From NCBI GenBank assembly GCA_964502265.1, contig CAZCWA010000004.1, positions 1,833 to 31,005 on the forward strand: a stretch of DNA of 29,173 nucleotides, given 5' to 3'. Below, one piece after another: positions 25,563 to 29,173 of this stretch. Numbering within the stretch: the first letter of the stretch is position 1; each line of letters opens with the position of its first letter. The notes beneath the pieces were generated by a model that saw only the letters and a list, made by a program, of their open reading frames with translations, ran no database searches and was not told the DNA's origin. Position numbers and translations under genes: made by a program. The stretch is from an uncultured Myxococcaceae bacterium (GTDB lineage Bacteria; Myxococcota; Myxococcia; Myxococcales; Myxococcaceae).

Positions 25563-25627
25563 GCGCCGCGTATAGCACGCGCAAAGAAGGCCACGATCAT
25601 CAGCGCACTGCCCCGTGGGCCGCGGCT

Positions 25628-26581
25628 CTAGCGTCCGGATGCGCCCTTCTCGCGGGCCCGCTGAACCGCCCAGGCGATCCCCTGGGCGTTGAGGTCCCGG
25701 TCGAGCGCCAGCCACTCCCACGCGCCCGCATCGTCGCCGAGGCCGCGCTTCTCCAGCTCGGCGCGGAACCAGGCGTCGAGGCGGGTGCGGCACAGCGACA
25801 CCAGCGCGTCGCCTTCGAGTCCGCTGGAGAGGCCGTCGTCGTAGAGGTGCGCGCTGACCTCGAGTCCAACGAGGAGCTGGGAGGCGATCTCGCCCACGTC
25901 GCTGAAGGGGCCGAAGTGGGTGGGGTAGACGAAGCGCGGGTTCAGCGCCGCGAGCTGCTTCACCACGGCGGAGGCTTCGTCCGGCAGGTAGTCGGTGGGG
26001 CTGGTGGTGGGGAAGCTGAAGCGGCCGCCGGCCTGCAGGCGCGGGTAGGTGAGGCCGAACGCGTCGCCGGTGAAGATGCCGTCCGAGCCCAGGTCGTGCA
26101 CGCAGAGGTGGTGGTTGGCGTGGCCGCGGGTGTGGAGGAAGCGCAGCGTGCGCGCGCCGAGGGTGACCGTCTCGCCGTCCTCCATCGACCGGATGCGTCC
26201 GGCGGGGATGGGGAGGATGTCGCCGTAGAGCTTCCGGAAGCGCTCGGGGCCGCCGTAGACCTGCGTGGCGCTGGCCACCAGCCTCGTGGGATCCGCCAGG
26301 TGTCTCGCCGCCCGCGGGTGGCACAGCAGCGTGGCGTTGGGGCAGGCCTGCAAGAGCGCCGAGGAGCCCGCCGCGTGATCGAGGTGCGCGTGGGTGACGA
26401 TCGCCCACTCCACCTGCTCGGGGCGCAGGCCGTGGTGGGCGAGCGCGTCCAGCATCTTCGGGACCGCGTGCGCGGTGTTGTTCTCCACGAAGGCCGCGCG
26501 GTCCCCGTCCACGATGAGGTACGTGGCCGCCAGCCCCTGCAGGCCGAGATACTCCGCGTCGATGGTGTGAACGCCGGTCAT
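25628..26581 (-). CDS. MBL-fold metallo-hydrolase
   Basis: THAHLDHAAG, TRGHANHH, FTGDAFG, YPTHFG. Confidence 0.93.
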   Translation of the reverse strand: MTGVHTIDAEYLGLQGLAATYLIVDGDRAAFVENNTAHAVPKMLDALAHHGLRPEQVEWAIVTHAHLDHAAGSSALLQACPNATLLCHPRAARHLADPTRLVASATQVYGGPERFRKLYGDILPIPAGRIRSMEDGETVTLGARTLRFLHTRGHANHHLCVHDLGSDGIFTGDAFGLTYPRLQAGGRFSFPTTSPTDYLPDEASAVVKQLAALNPRFVYPTHFGPFSDVGEIASQLLVGLEVSAHLYDDGLSSGLEGDALVSLCRTRLDAWFRAELEKRGLGDDAGAWEWLALDRDLNAQGIAWAVQRAREKGASGR

Positions 26582-26609
26582 GCGGGGAATGTAACTGCAG
26601 AAGCGAGGC

Positions 26610-27134
26610 TCAGCCGTGGCGACGGGGCTGGTCCCGCTGGAAGTCCACCAGGCGGCGCAGGAAGCCCAGCTCCATCTTCAGGCCGCGCAGGGCGAGCCGG
26701 GCCTCGAGGATGAGGAGCACGCCGGCGACGAGGAGGAAGGTTGCGCCCAGCAGCGCGAAGCCCACCGGGACCCCGCCGAACTCGGCCCGGCGCACCGCCA
26801 GAAGGCCCAGCGCGACGCTGGTGGCCACGAAGGCGGCGGCGCCCAGGTAGAGCAGGATGAGGGCGCGCTGCAGGAGGGTGGCGCGGCCCATGAGCTGGCG
26901 CATCTGCTCCTCGATGGTGACGCGGCGCTCGGTCATCAGGGCCAACTCGATGGCGCCGCTGGAGAGCTGGTCGAACTTCTCGGAGAGCGCGCGCACCCGG
27001 TCGATCACCCGGCCGAGCCGGTTGGAGGTGGAGAGCACGAAGGCGCCGCAGGCCGAGAGCAGGAGCGCCGGTGCGAGCATGGCCGTCAGGACGGTGAGCG
27101 TCGCGTTGAGGTCCGGGCCCGGCAGGTCGAGCAT
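26610..27134 (-). CDS. DUF2721-like membrane protein
   Basis: AMLAPALLLSACGAFVLSTSNRLGRVIDRVR followed by two more TM helices and LILEARLA. Confidence 0.8.
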   Translation of the reverse strand: MLDLPGPDLNATLTVLTAMLAPALLLSACGAFVLSTSNRLGRVIDRVRALSEKFDQLSSGAIELALMTERRVTIEEQMRQLMGRATLLQRALILLYLGAAAFVATSVALGLLAVRRAEFGGVPVGFALLGATFLLVAGVLLILEARLALRGLKMELGFLRRLVDFQRDQPRRHG

Positions 27135-27143
27135 GTTGTCGCT

Positions 27144-27163
27144 CTATCACGGGGTCGTGATAG
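27144..27163. promoter_or_regulatory. 8-4-8 palindrome in the 40-bp divergent gap between DUF2721 and hprK
   Basis: CTATCACG-GGGT-CGTGATAG. Confidence 0.45.
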
Positions 27164-27174
27164 GGAGTCCGCGG

Positions 27175-28136
<962 letters not shown>

Positions 28137-28140
<4 letters not shown>

Positions 28141-29006
28141 GCAGCGCGGACAACCGGCAGATCGTGATCATCACCGGGATGAGCGGGTCGGGAAAATCGA
28201 CCGCCATCCGGGCGCTGGAGGACTCCGGGTTCTTCTGCGTGGACAACCTCCCGGTGGTGCTGCTCCCCAAGCTCGCCGAGATGGCGGAGCTCGGCAGCTC
28301 GCTGCCCCGGCTCGCGCTGGTGATCGACGCGCGGGAGCGGATGTTCCTCAAGGAGGCGCCCCGCTTCATCGACGACGTGCGAAGGCGCGGGCACCAGGTG
28401 GACGTCCTCTTCCTCGACTCGTCGGATGAGTCCCTGCACCGGCGCTTCAGCGAGACGCGCAGGCGGCATCCGCTCGCGCCCACCGGGAGCGTGGAGGAGG
28501 GCATCCTGCGCGAGCGCGAGGCCCTGCGGGATCTGCGCGAGATGGCGGACCAGGTGATCGACACCTCGCCGCTGAACGTCCACGACCTCAAGCGGATGGT
28601 GCAGTCGCGCTTCTCGCCCGAGCCCACCAACGCGCCGTCGATCAGCGTGATGTCCTTCGGCTACCGCTACGGCGTGCCCCCGCAGGCGGACCTCGTGTTC
28701 GACGTGCGCTTCCTGCCCAACCCCTACTTCATCCCCGAGCTGAAGGCGTTCACCGGGCGGGATCCGAAGGTCGCGTCGTACGTGCTCGACCGGCCGGAGA
28801 CGCAGGAGTTCCTCCAGCGCATCGAGGAGCTGTGCCGCTTCCTCTTCCCGAAGTACCAGAAGGAGGGGAAGGCGTACCTGACCGTGGCCCTGGGCTGCAC
28901 CGGCGGCAAGCACCGCTCGGTGGCGATGGCGCACGAACTGGTGAAGCGGCTCTCCGACACCGGGACGCCGATCCACCTCTGGGATCGCGACTCGGAGAAG
29001 GAGTAG
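28137..29006 (+). CDS. rapZ: RNase adaptor RapZ/YvcJ-family P-loop protein
   Basis: ITGMSGSGKS, CVDNLP, RRFSETRRRHPL, SFGYRYGVP, DVRFLPNPY, GCTGGKHRSV; ATGA overlap with hprK. Confidence 0.97.
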
Positions 29007-29007
29007 C

Positions 29008-29095
29008 GGGCAGCCGAGCGGCGCGACCGGGACGGGACGAAAGCGGGCACACCCGCGGGGCGATACGTACCTTGAGCACTGGGGGCAGCCGAGCG
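29008..29095 (+). repeat. 13-bp direct repeat GGGCAGCCGAGCG in a structured intergenic region
   Basis: Identical copies at 29008-29020 and 29083-29095. Confidence 0.7.
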
Positions 29096-29160
29096 CCGAA
29101 GGCCACAGATGTTGCGCGGTCTGCGCCTCAGGGGTACTGAGCGCATGTGGGGGGCAGGAG

Positions 29161-29173
29161 AGGAGGTCGCCAT
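29161..29173 (+). promoter_or_regulatory. Shine-Dalgarno and probable truncated start codon of the next gene
   Basis: AGGAGG-TCGCC-AT at the window edge. A PTS IIA-type gene often follows hprK-rapZ, but it is not visible here. Confidence 0.55.

Noticed and set aside
27142-27166. Resemblance to tetO half-sites (CTCTATCAC...TGATAGGGA)
   Set aside because: Half-sites are 7 nt further apart than in tetO and no tetR/tetA is present; treated as coincidence.
29025-29095. c-di-GMP-I riboswitch (GGGACGAAAGC resembles GGGACGCAAAGC)
   Set aside because: The upstream GNRA/P2 element and correctly ordered P1 are not evident; only a short partial match.
28724-29173. Minus-strand ORFs starting at the window's right edge
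   Set aside because: Antisense to rapZ; the terminal CAT is better explained as C + AT(G) after a plus-strand AGGAGG.

Overview
High-GC, gene-dense chromosomal window whose gene content (Hanks-type kinase, FHA-GAF-cyclase, DAG-linker lipoprotein, Cys-rich lipoprotein) suggests a myxobacterium (inference). I found no mobile element, CRISPR, tRNA or rRNA. The centrepiece is a same-strand cluster at 2554-14086: sigma70-like promoter, cobalamin riboswitch, btuB-like TonB-dependent receptor, Cys-rich/beta-propeller lipoprotein, btuF, btuC, then a three-gene insert (53-aa membrane peptide, FHA-GAF-degenerate class III cyclase, membrane Ser/Thr kinase), then btuD and tonB. A phospho-signalling module therefore sits between the permease and the ATPase of a B12 importer. 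The rest is mostly housekeeping: acetyl-CoA hydrolase/transferase, rmuC, ClC-CBS with a DOT1-like methyltransferase, metallophosphoesterase, fused membrane/spermidine-synthase protein, CBM-like lipoprotein with an 80-aa conserved-looking protein, stand-alone cNMP-binding protein, YdjM-like hydrolase, SGNH hydrolase, MoxR-VWA pair, HIT, MBL hydrolase, DUF2721-like protein, hprK and rapZ. The window ends at the SD/start of the next gene. All family calls come from motif recognition by eye; no searches were run.
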